Part shown: one piece after another, positions 1 through 12,143 of the stretch
Numbering within the stretch: the stretch's first letter is position 1
Layout of the letters: each line of letters begins with the position of its first letter
Translations under genes and position numbers: made by a program
The notes under the pieces: model-generated
What the model was told of the DNA's origin: nothing
The model's input: the letters and a program-made list of their open reading frames with translations, nothing else
Database searches by the model: none
From: Harriotta raleighana
Lineage: Eukaryota
Direction of reading: 5' to 3'
NCBI GenBank assembly: GCA_050575255.1
Contig: JBNZDD010013568.1
Location: 1,481,243-1,545,242 of the forward strand
Length of the DNA: 64,000 nt

Positions 1-814
1 AGGCACACTGACAGCATGTACACAAACAGCCATATAGCTATACGCAAACATTTGGCAGTGCAGGTAGGTTATTTAAATTAACATTTAAAAATCAATGGAT
101 TGGCCTGGAAACTGTGGGCCACTCGGATGGGGAAGGGAAATTTATGGATTGATTTAAAAATCTACAATAAAAGGGAAAACAGCCAGGAGAAGAGATATAA
201 GTGAAGGCTGCTCCCCGCTTTGTGAGGCAGTTAAAGAGGCCATCATTTTTCAGACTACAATTGGAAAGGGATCTTCACTGTAATCCGATTTCATGACTTA
301 TGGCACTTGAAAGTGACTTGATAATAAGCAAAGTGGCAGGAGATTTTATGGTAGGCTGGAAATCATCGAGAACAATCATCTGTCACACAGGGAGGCTGTG
401 TGGGATGAAAGGGAAAATCGTTTTGACATTTAATCTTTTACAGTAAATTTCTCTGTAACTGGGCTGTTTGGAGGGGTTTTCACAGTCTCCAATAAATGAG
501 CAAGTTTTGATTTTGCTGCTTTCCTGTTAAGCTCTGTGATGAAAGGCATCCAATTACATCCCGAGGAGCTTGTAAGAGTGAATGTTTGAGTAATAGTGTT
601 TGCCCACTGTTGTTATCATCTGGATAAATACAAGATCAGCCTTGTACAATGGTACAGAACCATGTTATCCACTTCACAAATTGTTCAAAGTAGTCATTTG
701 CCTCTCTGCTTCCCAGTCAGCCCTGTGTTTGGGCGATGGGTGGGAGAAGGAAAGATATATAATGCTGAAGTGATTGTATATCAGTTGGTATCATTATCTC
801 TGCTTCATGTATGA

Positions 815-1030
815 ACCAAGATCACAAGATTGGATGAAAAAGGCCCTTTGCCCCATCTGAAGTCCACCTTCCAGATTACCCACTGCACTGTTCTCCTGTT
901 AGAGCATTCAGCTGTTTCTTTAATGAAACCTAGCCTAAATCACAATTCCGGGACACTGGATTTCAGTTGTTAATTACCCTCAGAGAAAAGAAATAGTTCC
1001 GGTTGTCTGTCTGAAATTGCCCTTGCAACC
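815..1030 (-). mobile_element. Degraded CR1 LINE 3' end
   Basis: aaggccctttgccccatc followed by gttgttaattaccctcagagaaaagaaat resembles the reverse complement of a CR1 ORF2 C-terminus and 3' UTR. Confidence 0.5.
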
Positions 1031-1614
1031 CTTTCACAAACACTCAGATCCCAGCGCCCGGGCCACTATCATCTTATAATGTTATTATAATTATCAATTA
1101 TACTAATTATTCTGATTATCTTCCTGGTAACTAAACCCTCCCAGTGTTCAATTGCTCCTCTGTATTGGAAATCCTTCCTGGTGTCTGTCTATGGTATCGT
1201 TTGCACAGCCCTAAACCTGGATCCTCCTGTCCTGTTTTCTTGGTGGTATCTGTTAGGTTTTTCTCTTACAGATATAACACGTGTGCAACAGACAGTTGCA
1301 CTACCTCAGGCCAAAACAATTAACCCTGACGGTGTGGACTCCATGCTAGCTGAAAGGCATCACATTGCTAATTCTGTGGAGCTTGTTAACATAAGAGATT
1401 GGTGGAGCTAACACTCTTTTGAATACAGCACAGGGCAAAGTATCAGGCTGGTACATAGCAGGAGAAATGTAATTACAGATATTAGCAGCCATCATATAAG
1501 AAACACTAGACGAAAAAATTATCTAGCTCGCCTTTCACTACTTGGCGGTTACATGCACAAATGCCCCGAACTACCTACCAACTCATAATGTTATTTCCTA
1601 AATTAAAACTCTCT

Positions 1615-1670
1615 AATAATAATAATAATAATAATAATCCTTGCATTTGGTATAGAGCTTTTCACGTCTG
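1615..1670 (-). mobile_element. Truncated 3' tail of the young Deu-domain SINE family
   Basis: (aat)n-ccttgcatttggtatagagcttttcacgtct, the same tail as in many other copies in this window. Confidence 0.75.
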
Positions 1671-1689
1671 CCAGATAGATGCCTTATGT

Positions 1690-1980
1690 GTGTTTGAAAG
1701 AACCAAAACTTCTTGCTTCTCCCTAGGGAGCCTGTTCCACTCACTGAGATACTGTTTGGATAGATTCATTCTGAATTTAACCCCCCCCCTTTCAATAGCA
1801 GGCGGCGTCCTCTGATTTGACTGTTCTGGACAAGTTGAAACAGCCTGTATATGTTGTCTTGCTCTTTGGAATCTTAAAGACCGCAATCACGTCACCTCTG
1901 AATCTTCCCTCTTCCAGCATGAACATGCTAAACTTACTTAGTCGCTCCTCAAAATGCAGTGCAGTCCATTACCTTGGAAT
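1690..1980 (-). mobile_element. CR1 LINE ORF2 C-terminal fragment (decayed)
   Basis: The minus strand reads FEERLSKFSMFMLEEGRFRGDVIAVFK and, after frameshifts, EWNRLPRE. These match CR1 YEERL..LGLFSLE.RRLRGDLI.VFK and WN.LP.EV. Confidence 0.75.
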
Positions 1981-2739
1981 GCAATGAAACGAAGCTGCAA
2001 TACTTGAGCACTGGCTGGAATGACTAGCTCTTAACTTGCGACTAAGGTTAGAATGAGGTGAACTCGTTATCCTAGAATGCCTCCGCTGTCCGGTGGGCAA
2101 AGTATCCCTGGATATTGTCAAATAACGGTGTTTTTCGGCTTTCAGTCGCTTAACAGAGCTAAGCATTTGTGAGCATGTGCTGCCTCTTTGCTTCTGCCTA
2201 CCTCGTGTTCACTTCCCACCTCAGTCACAACGTCTGAGTAGCAAGCAACGCCGATCCACAGCTGTGCTTTTAGGACCAGATGTTTCTTACAAACTTACAA
2301 GCGTTGTAAAGGCAGTGATACAAGTCAAAGGTCCATTTGATCATGAAAGCAATTCCACCCATTCTCTCGATATTTACATGTGTGAAGACTTTTAAGCGCA
2401 AAGCAGAAGAACTTGGTCCTTATGTCTGTGCACAAATGGCTTTGATAAGCATGGCTCGCTCACCAGAGAGGGAGTAATGAAGAGATTGCAACACATTTTA
2501 GAGGCAGGGGACACCATGTAAATTTTACAAGTTTATTGTAGAAAAATCATAAATAATAGATTGGGTCGTGCCCTCTCTTCAGCAATAAACATCATTGTGT
2601 TGTTTAACATGCATCACTGACGTGGAGAGTGATCTCGGAGGTCATATTTATTTATAAATATTAGGACATGTGATTTTCTTATTGTAACGTGTATTTGCAC
2701 GAGTATGTGGCAGCCAAATTTCTGTAATGAGCATCATAG

Positions 2740-3035
2740 TAACCTTAGCCTTTGTTACAGCACTTATCATTTCAAAGTGCTTTACAGATTTTTTTTTCTG
2801 TAAAGTGTATTTTATAGGTGGATGTGGCAGAAAATGGAGAGAATGGTTACCTCCCTTCTCTTTCCCAATAATGCTGATCGTCCACCCGATTAGCCACAGA
2901 CTGGACCTCTAACAAGTGCGTCACCCAACAATGTACTGGATTATCAGCCCAGACAATGTTTAGATCGGGGTTTGAACATGGGGTTTGAACCAATGACCTT
3001 TTGACTCTTAAGACGAGCTTCAGTTCCTCTGATAC
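2740..3035 (-). mobile_element. Old Deu-domain tRNA-SINE (SacSINE1-like), degraded
   Basis: Tail tcaaagtgctttacag, and reverse-complement tRNA head ggggtttgaaccaatgacctttgactc. Confidence 0.55.
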
Positions 3036-4691
3036 CATGTACAACAAGCTCTGGATCTGCAGGGGCTTGAACTGCTCTTGTGTTGTTACTGTCTGAATAT
3101 TGCCTCGCTGATTTCTGTGAGATTAGAAGATTATGAACAACGTAAAACCACAGTAATCGACAAGCTCTCAACAGTAACTTCATCCAGCTCCGGAGAAGCC
3201 ATCCAGTGAAGCTGGGCACTGAATCTCGCAGGCAGCTCAGTCACTTTCACATCTGGAGTGCAAGGATACAAGCAGCTGGGTTACTGCCAAGGTGGTGGAT
3301 AGTTTGCTCATTGTACACTCACAGCAGATGGAATTTACTAAGCTAAATCCCCTGGGTCTTATGCCAAAACACTTAAATTTTATGCAAAGAATAATTTGCT
3401 CTACTCAAGACTGCCAACTGCCTTGAGTAAAGTTAATCTCATTTTTTTTGGACTAGATTTTGATCAGCATAAGGGAGGAGACACCAGGGATCAGTGTCTC
3501 ACACACCAGAGCATCTCACACACTAGAGGGTATCAGCGACCTGGGAGCTGGGAATAGAGAGACCACAACGGGAAGCATAGACTCTCAGACTTCAGGGAGA
3601 GCCGAGTGTACCTACCTGCCTGCCACATTCACCCACAAATACTCAGTCCTTAAACTTTACAGCATTAAATCTCCTTGTAAAATGCTTTGAGACCTTTCAA
3701 CGGGACGATAGCCAGAATATCAAATTTAAGGATTGTTAGGATCGTTAAAATACTCTGCAGTTTACATTGATGCAGCACTTTTTATTTTAGGAGAGTATGA
3801 TAAATCCTGAAGAGATGCATAATTCTTGGGGAGAGAAACGTAGGCAAAGGGACATGAGGCTTGAGGTTCGCAGATCAGTCTGTTTCCCTCTACTGTATTT
3901 AAGCTAACATGGGGAGTGTTGAAGCCTTTTGGGGTGGAGGAAACTTATTATTGTCTGGAATGTTTTATGGCTTTTTAAAAATAAAAAAAAATAATGTTTT
4001 TTTTTTACAAATCGAGACTGCGAACTTGTTGCGAACGATTTGTAATCGTTCCTTAAGTACCTTAGAAAAACATTATTGCAAGGCAGTAATTTGTTTTAAT
4101 AGTTCATTTATAATCTGGTGTGAGCCTCTGATGTTTTGCTTTGCGTCTGCTGTGTCGAGTTGACTCTGATGTCTGATGCCTCGGCGCGTGTGATGGCAGT
4201 GTTGGCTGAGAACAGCCGCGGGTGATGTATTTGATTAGTTCCAGCCTCTGTACTTGAAATCTAAGGGACCAAGGCAGTGATTTAACCAGGGTGAACTGCA
4301 GAATAACAGGAAAATCAATAATAAATGGATTTTTCGGCAAAGGCAGATTTTGAAACATGAAGAAGCTGTTCAGGAAGAGACCATCAATTTTAGTAACGCT
4401 TCCTTACATCTCAGTGTTGGGATAAATAACAGTAAAGGAGCTTTCACATGGCCTTGCGGTGAGGCTGTTAGTTTTGATGGGGACCTCTTCCGCATGGGAG
4501 AAAAAACATTTACCATTCCAATCGCTGGTCCGATTATATCTTGCCGGGAATGTTATTCACTGTTAAGCAGCAAAATTTACAAGTTGACTGAGATTTTCTC
4601 CATTAAGTGAAGTGAACTTTTTTTTTTGCTCTCTAACCTCTGGCATAAACTGCAGCTGAAAACCCAGGCGGGAATGGGACTTCGGAGGGAT

Positions 4692-4892
4692 TCGGACGCT
4701 GTGAGGCTGAGCTGGCAAGCAGGCCTTTGTGTCAGATCGTTATAATAATAAAAAGAATCAGTGAGCGGATATCCTGAGCCCACGACAGTGTGTCGGACGC
4801 TGTGAGGCTGAGCTGGCAAGCAGGCCTTTGTGTCAGATCGTTATAATAATAAAAAGAATCAGTGAGCGGATATCCTGAGCCCACGACAGTGT
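4692..4892. repeat. Tandem duplication, 2 x 101 bp
   Basis: tcggacgctgtgagg...cccacgacagtgt starts at 4692 and again at 4793. It is single-copy in the second duplicated block (about 6443-6546). Confidence 0.9.
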
Positions 4893-5429
4893 ATACATTA
4901 CAGCCACGTAGACAGGTTTAGTAATGGAATGCTACTGACCAATATGGACCAATCTATCTGTTCGGGCTTTGGCTTTCAGGATTAGCAGGCACTCAATGGG
5001 AATAATTCATGTCTCTATTAACTGGTGTGTCCCTCTGGAGCATGCCTATGCTTTACATTGCGCTTTACATTGGAAGGGGTTATCATAATGTTCAAAAGAC
5101 AGATGTTTGAAAAAAAAATCAAATGTACTTTTTACTGTTAAACTCGGGTGTTTTTGTTTATCATTGGCATGGAGACTGAATAGATTATAAACCTTGACGT
5201 CCAGATTTAACTAATTTTGAGAACACATGTGCTGGATTCCTCAGGTTCGCATTAATTCGTCCCAGGTTAATTCCTTAAGGCAACTTTAATAGTTTTCTGG
5301 CTCTGAAATGGAGAATATCTGATTGATATCATATGGTTAACTTAGCCTTCAAACATCAGCATCTTGGGTAGTCTATCTGCTCAAGCCACAATACTATATT
5401 CGTGTTGGAGAGACAAGAACTTAGCGTTT

Positions 5430-5610
5430 ATGTAGCAACGTTCATTCAGGATAGTGTCTTGGAGCACAGGAAAGTGTTGGGGTTGGACGTTGAGCAAAGA
5501 AGGGTTGAAGTGACCATAGGCACAGTCAAAGAGATAGGGCTTCAGGTGGGATTTAATGATAAAGATCAGCCGAAGAGATTGAGGCAAGGAGTTTCGTTAC
5601 GAATAGCTCA
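5430..5610 (-). mobile_element. L2 LINE ORF2 C-terminus/3' UTR fragment (second copy at about 7083-7263)
   Basis: The minus ORF reads PQSLRLIFIIKSHLKPYLFDCAYGH, matching L2 WNSLP..LR...FKS.LKT.LF. Confidence 0.7.
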
Positions 5611-5889
5611 TTCTGTAACGTGGATTTAGAATTCAAATACAGGCCGATCAATTTTTTTTCTTTCTGCTGTGGATCCTCCCTATACTGTGAACATAGTAGA
5701 CTTGTGTTGTGCTGACAGGCTGCTTGCTGGATGGAGCCTGTGTGGGAAGTAAACAGGAAGTGACTGTGGCAGTGACATGAGGGCCAGAAGCAGGCCAGGC
5801 AGCCATTTTATTCGACGGACCAGACAAAGTGTTACTTCAAAATTAGAGATTATTATAATATCGACAGCAATCAGCAACTATTCTCCATT

Positions 5890-6111
5890 ACACCATTACT
5901 CCGGGTCTGGCCTCCTCCATGTCCCCCGAATCTTCTTTTCCACCATCGGCGGCTGTGCCTTCAGCCACTACGCCCCGAGGCTCTGGAACTCCTTTCCTCA
6001 CTCCCTTCGCCTCTTCCTATTTTCAGGTGTCGGCTAAAGACCTTTTCGACCGTGCTTTTGGTCACCTTTATCCCCCTCCCCTTGGCTCGGCCCTGGGATC
6101 TGTTATTGGTT
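5890..6111 (+). mobile_element. L2 LINE ORF2 C-terminus fragment, cut by the contig junction
   Basis: SGLLHVPRIFFSTIGGCAFSHYAPRLWNSFPHSLRL, a typical L2 C-terminal motif. Confidence 0.85.
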
Positions 6112-7543
6112 NGAAGCTGTTCAGGAAGAGACCATCAATTTTAGTAACGCTTCCTTACATCTCAGTGTTGGGATAAATAACAGTAAAGGAGCTTTCACAT
6201 GGCCTTGCGGTGAGGCTGTTAGTTTTGATGGGGACCTCTTCCGCATGGGAGAAAAAACATTTACCATTCCAATCGCTGGTCCGATTATATCTTGCCGGGA
6301 ATGTTATTCACTGTTAAGCAGCAAAATTTACAAGTTGACTGAGATTTTCTCCATTAAGTGAAGTGAACTTTTTTTTTTGCTCTCTAACCTCTGGCATAAA
6401 CTGCATCTGAAAACCCAGGCGGGAATGGGACTTCGGAGGGATTCGGACGCTGTGAGGCTGAGCTGGCAAGCAGGCCTTTGTGTCAGATCGTTGTTATAAT
6501 AATAAAAAGAATCAGTGAGCGGATATCCTGAGCCCACGACAGTGTGTACATTACAGCCACGTAGACAGGTTTAGTAATGGAATGCTACTGACCAATATGG
6601 ACCAATCTATCTGTTCGGGCTTTGGCTTTCAGGATTAGCAGGCACTCAATGGGAATAATTCATGTCTCTATTAACTGGTGTGTCCCTCTGGAGCATGCCT
6701 ATGCTTTACATTGCGCTTTACATTGGAAGGGGTTATCATAATGTTCAAAAGACAGATGTTTGAAAAAAAAATCAAATGTACTTTTTACTGTTAAACTCGG
6801 GTGTTTTTGTTTATCATTGGCATGGAGACTGAATAGATTATAAACCTTGACGTCCAGATTTAACTAATTTTGAGAACACATGTGCTGGATTCCTCAGGTT
6901 CGCATTAATTCGTCCCAGGTTAATTCCTTAAGGCAACTTTAATAGTTTTCTGGCTCTGAAATGGAGAATATCTGATTGATATCATATGGTTAACTTAGCC
7001 TTCAAAGATCAGCATCTTGGGTAGTCTATCTGCTCAAGCCACAATACTATATTCGTGTTGGAGAGACAAGAACTTAGCGTTTATGTAGCAACGTTCATTC
7101 AGGATAGTGTCTTGGAGCACAGGAAAGTGTTGGGGTTGGACGTTGAGCAAAGAAGGGTTGAAGTGACCATAGGCACAGTCAAAGAGATAGGGCTTCAGGT
7201 GGGATTTAATGATAAAGATCAGCCGAAGAGATTGAGGCAAGGAGTTTCGTTACGAATAGCTCATTCTGTAACGTGGATTTAGAATTCAAATACAGGCCGA
7301 TCAATTTTTTTTTCTTTCTGCTGTGGATCCTCCCTGTACTGTGAACATAGTAGACTTGTGTTGTGCTGACAGGCTGCTTGCTGGATGGAGCATGTGTGGG
7401 AAGTAAACAGGAAGTGACTGTGGCAGTGACATGAGGGCCAGAAGCAGGCCAGGCAGCCATTTTATTCGACGGACCAGACAAAGTGTTACTTCAAAATTAG
7501 AGATTATTATAATATCGACAGCAATCAGCAACTATTCTCCATT

Positions 7544-8005
7544 ACACCATTACTCCGGGTCTGGCCTCCTCCATGTCCCCCGAATCTTCTTTTCCACCAT
7601 CGGCGGCTGTGCCTTCAGCCACTACGCCCCGAGGCTCTGGAACTCCTTTCCTCACTCCCTTCGCCTCTTCCTATTTTCAGGTGTCGGCTAAAGACCTTTT
7701 CGACCGTGCTTTTGGTCACCTTTATCCCCCTCCCCTTGGCTCGGCCCTGGGATCTGTTATTGGTTCTCCATCCCACAGTCCCTCCGCCTTGCTTCCTCCC
7801 TTTCCTCCTTCCAGGCTGGTCTCAAGACCTTCCTCTTCAACTGCGCCTTCGGCTGCCCCTCCCCCCTGACTCTTCCCACTCTCCCACTCTCCTCTCCCTA
7901 TCCAGACCCCTCTCCCACTGCTCGGGTCCCGACCTGACTGTTCAGCACTTTGGGTCGTGCTCCCAACATGAAACGCACTCTATAAGTGTAATTTTGTGGT
8001 TGTTG
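7544..8005 (+). mobile_element. L2 LINE 3' end (ORF2 C-terminus, pyrimidine-rich UTR, tail)
   Basis: Same GGCAFSHYAPRLWNS motif, then a C/T-rich UTR, ctcgggtcccgacctgactgttcagcactttggg and a (gtt)-type tail. Confidence 0.85.
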
Positions 8006-8008
8006 GGA

Positions 8009-8064
8009 AGCACTCTGAGACGCTGTCTGGGGTGAAGTGCGCTATTTAATCCAAGTTGTTGTTG
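8009..8064 (+). mobile_element. Very short L2-type 3' tail insertion ending in (GTT)n
   Basis: agcactctgagacgctgtctggggtgaagtgcgctatttaatccaagttgttgttg; homologous pieces at 14547, 41341, 46665 and about 61985. Confidence 0.65.
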
Positions 8065-8689
8065 AATGATTGTATTTGAAATTCAGGAATGATAGTCTTT
8101 TATGAAAAAAAAACTTTGATCATGCTGATTTAATTATTTAAATACAATTTCTTTGGAGCAAAGAGAGGACACAGCTCAATTGTCCGAATTCCTGGATTTT
8201 GTGCAGATTTTTTTTTCTTCGAGCTTTTCATCCAAAATATTCATTACCTACTCCACTGAAAAGTTTTCCATATGTTTAACAAGGCATGTTTGCCAAGTCA
8301 AATGACCTCTGGTAGAAATGGAATAAAATGGTTTCTTCACTAATTTCCTCTTGTAACTCTATAACATCTGCTTCTCACTGACACCAAATCGTCCCTTGGT
8401 GCTGATGGAATTAAACACAACGGACAAGATCTTCATTTCTGTTCACTTTTGAAAACAACTCTTGCTTTTTAAAAAAATATCAGTATCAGAGATCGGAAAA
8501 TGTCTGAGTTTGTTGAGATGATGGAGATCATCCACATGGGGTTTCCAGCCAACGGACAGCAGGAAAACAGCCTTAAACACTCAAGCGTTCGATGAAAAAC
8601 AGATTCCTTTTCAGGTCCTTCTGAAGAAACTATGTGATTGAGGCTGGAGTAAATTCTTTCACAATTGTTCTGTCTTATGAAACTCAAAT

Positions 8690-8812
8690 GGTGGTTACAA
8701 GCGATGGGGAGAGAGTGGGGAATTGGGATTTGGATGGACGGCTTCTTGGAGGAACAAAACACCAACGTGAATAATGGTTGAATGGCCTCCTACTGTGTCA
8801 TACATTTCTCTG
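8690..8812 (+). mobile_element. CR1 LINE 3' UTR (shark type)
   Basis: atggggagagagtggggaattgg...aataatggttgaatggcctcctactgtgtcat matches the CR1 terminal stem-loop motif GGCCGAATGGCCTCCT.CTGTG. Confidence 0.7.
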
Positions 8813-9399
8813 GTTAAAATTGAGGTATTTTCTGTGATTAAAATCAACCAGAGGCCTGAAATTCCTCCTGGTCTCAGCCTGTGAGACCATTCTATGGAAC
8901 CGCTGTGAGACTAAATTCTTCCGTTAAGTTTTAAATTGCAAACCATCTTTCTGCAGTTCAAAAAAAAATTCTAAATTGACTGGTACATTCCCTTAAATCT
9001 TTTACACAGCTCAATCACACCATCTCGTACTTCCTCAGCTCAAAGGAATACAACACAAGTCTACTCAGCTTCTTGTTCAGCAGGGCATGTAATGTATACT
9101 TACTGGTGCGCATTCTCATTGTCGTACAGTCTATCACTGAGGGGAGGTTTCAACCATTCCATAACACAGCAGGTGATACAGCCCACTCAAGCACGTTGTT
9201 ACATTTAGTTTTCGATCCAATGAATTATTACTTCCCCGGACAGCAAAAATAACATTCCAGCTAGTCTTCATCGATGACAATGTTTTCTTTGGAGATTTAC
9301 GATCATGCAGCACTGTGGAGAATTCTTAAAGTCAGTCTTCTCTTGGAAGTCAATTTCTTCTTCGTCCTGGCCTCAGACACTTTTGCTGGTAACATCTTC

Positions 9400-9650
9400 C
9401 CAATGTTAATTACCTGCTGCTTAAAGAAAGGCTTCCTTGGTATCTGGTTGAATTTGCCCTTTGCAGCTCTAAAGATCCGTCCTCTTGTTTTGCTGTCTCA
9501 GTGCATCCAAGGTAGTGTTCTGGATTTACTTTTTCAATCACACTTAAAACCTTGTGTACCCTTATAATGTCTCCTGTGAGACGTTTCCTTTTAAGAGTGA
9601 AGAGCCATAGCTTGTCTAATCATTGCTGGTACCTCATTCCTCAGGGAATG
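9400..9650 (-). mobile_element. Degraded CR1 ORF2 C-terminal fragment
   Basis: The minus strand resembles RLDKLWLFTLKRKRLTGDIIRVHK, then a TRG.. motif and FFKQQVINIGKML, i.e. CR1 RL..LGLFSLE.RRLRGD.I.V.K / FF.QRV.N.WN.L. Confidence 0.6.
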
Positions 9651-10164
9651 AGAGGCAATGTTGGTCCTCCAAACCCCACACAGTAAATCAGTTACTTAAA
9701 ATTGGAGCCACCTGATCAACGAGGGTTGATGCTGCTCAGATTTTAGCAACAGGAAGGAGAAGCAGACAAGGGGTCTGAGCTCAGCCCAAGCAGCAAAGTT
9801 TATTTTAACAATTGTTCACTTGATTGGATTTTGAAAGACAATCGTAGCGAACGGACACAGATTTAGATGATCAAACCCGAGTCTCGGGAGAAGCATGCTG
9901 TCAGCATCGAAGATACCCGCACCGCCACTCACAGCGTCTCATGGATTGGAATCACGAGCCACAATCCAAACGGACTTTGTCAGATCACAACATAGATTTG
10001 GAGAGCAAAGGTGAAAGTGCCATCGACCGAATCCTGGCATTTATTTAGGATTTTAAACTCGTGTGCAGATGTCTGCTATTGTGTTTAATACATACCACGC
10101 TCCCGAGTTTACGTCTGATGATCTTGCCATTGTTTAATGCTGTTTTCCTAAAGGTACAAGCAGG

Positions 10165-10562
10165 TATCGGCCTGGCTCAGTTGATCACACGCTTGTCTCT
10201 TCGGGTTGTGGGTTCATGCCCCACATTGGGACGTTGAGTTCTTATTCCAGGGCCCACACATCACTGCTATACTGGGAGAGCATCGTACTGTCATCTTTCA
10301 GATATTAAATCCGTGTCCCATCTACTTGCTCAGGCGGACATTAAAAATCCTGCTTTGAAAAGAGAACGGAGTTTCTGCCAGTGTCCTGGCCAGCAGTCAT
10401 CCAGATACAATGGTTGTTTGCTTTGAGGCTGTTTGTGGGACATCTCTTGTGTGAAAAATTGCCTTCAAATGCAGTCAATGGTACTTGACGACAGTTCCCT
10501 GTGAAATGCTTTAAGACCTTGTGACATTAATGATGCTGTCACACGTGCAATAACTTATTATA
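10165..10562 (+). mobile_element. Near full-length old Deu-domain tRNA-SINE (SacSINE1-like)
   Basis: Box A-like tggctcagttg and box B-like gtgggttcatgcccc. Deu core: tctttcagatattaaatccgtgtcccatct...ggacattaaaaatcc...ccagtgtcctggcca...gctgtttgtggga. L2-like tail: tgtgaaatgctttaagacc. Confidence 0.7.
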
Positions 10563-12073
10563 TAGAGGTCAATTGAAGATTAGAATCAGTGATAATGATT
10601 CTAAATCGGAAGAGTGAAGCCCTCGCGTGAAGACAGGGAGCGACTGAAAAAGGCAGCCAAGGAAAAGCTGTGTGTTACTCCTCTTCACCACCTACATTCG
10701 GATTTTTCTTCTTTCCCAAGGTAGGAAAGCAAACCAAGCAAAGTGTCGTTTTGCAGCTCTATCTGAGGCTGAGCTGAGTGTAATCACGCCGAGAGAGAGA
10801 ATTCAAGCCGTTGAAGCGGGACACTCAGTCTCCCGTTGTCCAGAAGATTGTCGGCGTAACCCACAATGACCAACGTACGATATCGGGTGAAACATGCCGA
10901 CTTTCTTTAGGCCTCCCTATGCTTGTTATGACGGCCACGGGACAAAACTGAGGTGTGTTTGCTCCCACAGCAACACAGCACAGTTTTAATGCTAAGACAC
11001 GACAGCGCTGCACATATTTGCGATCAAAGAGCGTTAGAGGCTTTGACATTCCCGCCCTGTGGTTACAGTGGCCCGAGTTGTGTTTCTCACTATTGCGTCA
11101 GTCAATAAATAGCAGCAAGCAAAACAGAAGATGCAATATTGTTTGCAAATTGTTTCTATGGAAGAAATACAAGGCGGGAGACAGGATGGAAGCAATGGAA
11201 AGACTGCTCTGCCTCGGGCCTTTGAGCTAAGACATGTCATATGTTACTGGATCAATGATCAGTGTACTTTCTGCACAATTTAACAGATTGATGTTTCAGG
11301 ACCTGCTTGCACAGGGAGTGCTCTTTCAGAGGTAGAACGCCTCTTGTTTTAAATAAGGGAATTGTTGTTCACAGCATGCACTCGGGGCTCGGGTGAGCAG
11401 GGACTGTTATGTTAGCAGGGTGGACACGGGTGGGTGTGGGACAAATAAAGAATTTGATCATTTTGCTCAGGTAGAATACAGTTGGCCTGGCTGACTGACG
11501 GCAGAGACTGAATGACTTGACTGAGGACGAAGACTGCTCGGCGACAGGGCTTGGGATTGCTTTTTCAGTTGTTCCATAAGGAAATGTCAGTATGTCCTCA
11601 GACTCTTCCCACACACTGGTGTCAGTTGGCCTGCTTGTCTGAGTCACACCTCTCTGCTTTCACTAACTAGTTTTGTTTGTCTCTTTGTGATTGGTTGGAC
11701 CTCTATATCTTTCGCTGGCTTTACAAGCTGTCATTGTGTTCCTGCAATTTTCCAGTGAATACACTGTGCTTGACATCTCACAGTACACAGTAACCTAACC
11801 AGGTCACTCTGCTCTAACAAAGTCAGCCAATTTATGTTACATCTGACAGACTGAGTGCGAGTGAAACCTTTGCCCCACTAGTGAGAAGGAGCGACTTGTT
11901 TGCGTATGAAATGGAAAGATTCCCTCTTCAGATAAACATTTCTTAAGGAGTTGTTATTTTTACAATGATAATAATCACTCCTTACTTACATTTGATACCC
12001 TGTTTTAGCATGTCAAAATATCTCGATGGTCTGAACATTTTGCCTCTCCCCAAAAGATATGTTTCCCTTAGTC

Positions 12074-12143
12074 CAGTGGTTTCCAAACTTTAAATAGTGG
12101 CTTCCAGCCAAGGGAGGCGAGCTCCACAGTTTGGAAACCACTG
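12074..12143. mobile_element. 70-bp non-autonomous hAT (Charlie/Buster-type) MITE
   Basis: Perfect 16-bp TIRs CAGTGGTTTCCAAACT...AGTTTGGAAACCACTG and perfect 8-bp TSD CCTTAGTC (12066-12073, 12144-12151). Confidence 0.9.

Larger units (their letters stand above)
4362..7765. repeat. Direct duplication of about 1.65-1.75 kb across the N at 6112 (copy 1 4362-6111, copy 2 6113-7765); probable haplotype/contig-overlap artefact
   Basis: The copies are near identical and separated exactly by an N. They differ by a few SNPs (ctgcagctga/ctgcatctga, aaacatc/aaagatc, ctatact/ctgtact, agcctgt/agcatgt), small indels and one 101-bp unit. Confidence 0.9.
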
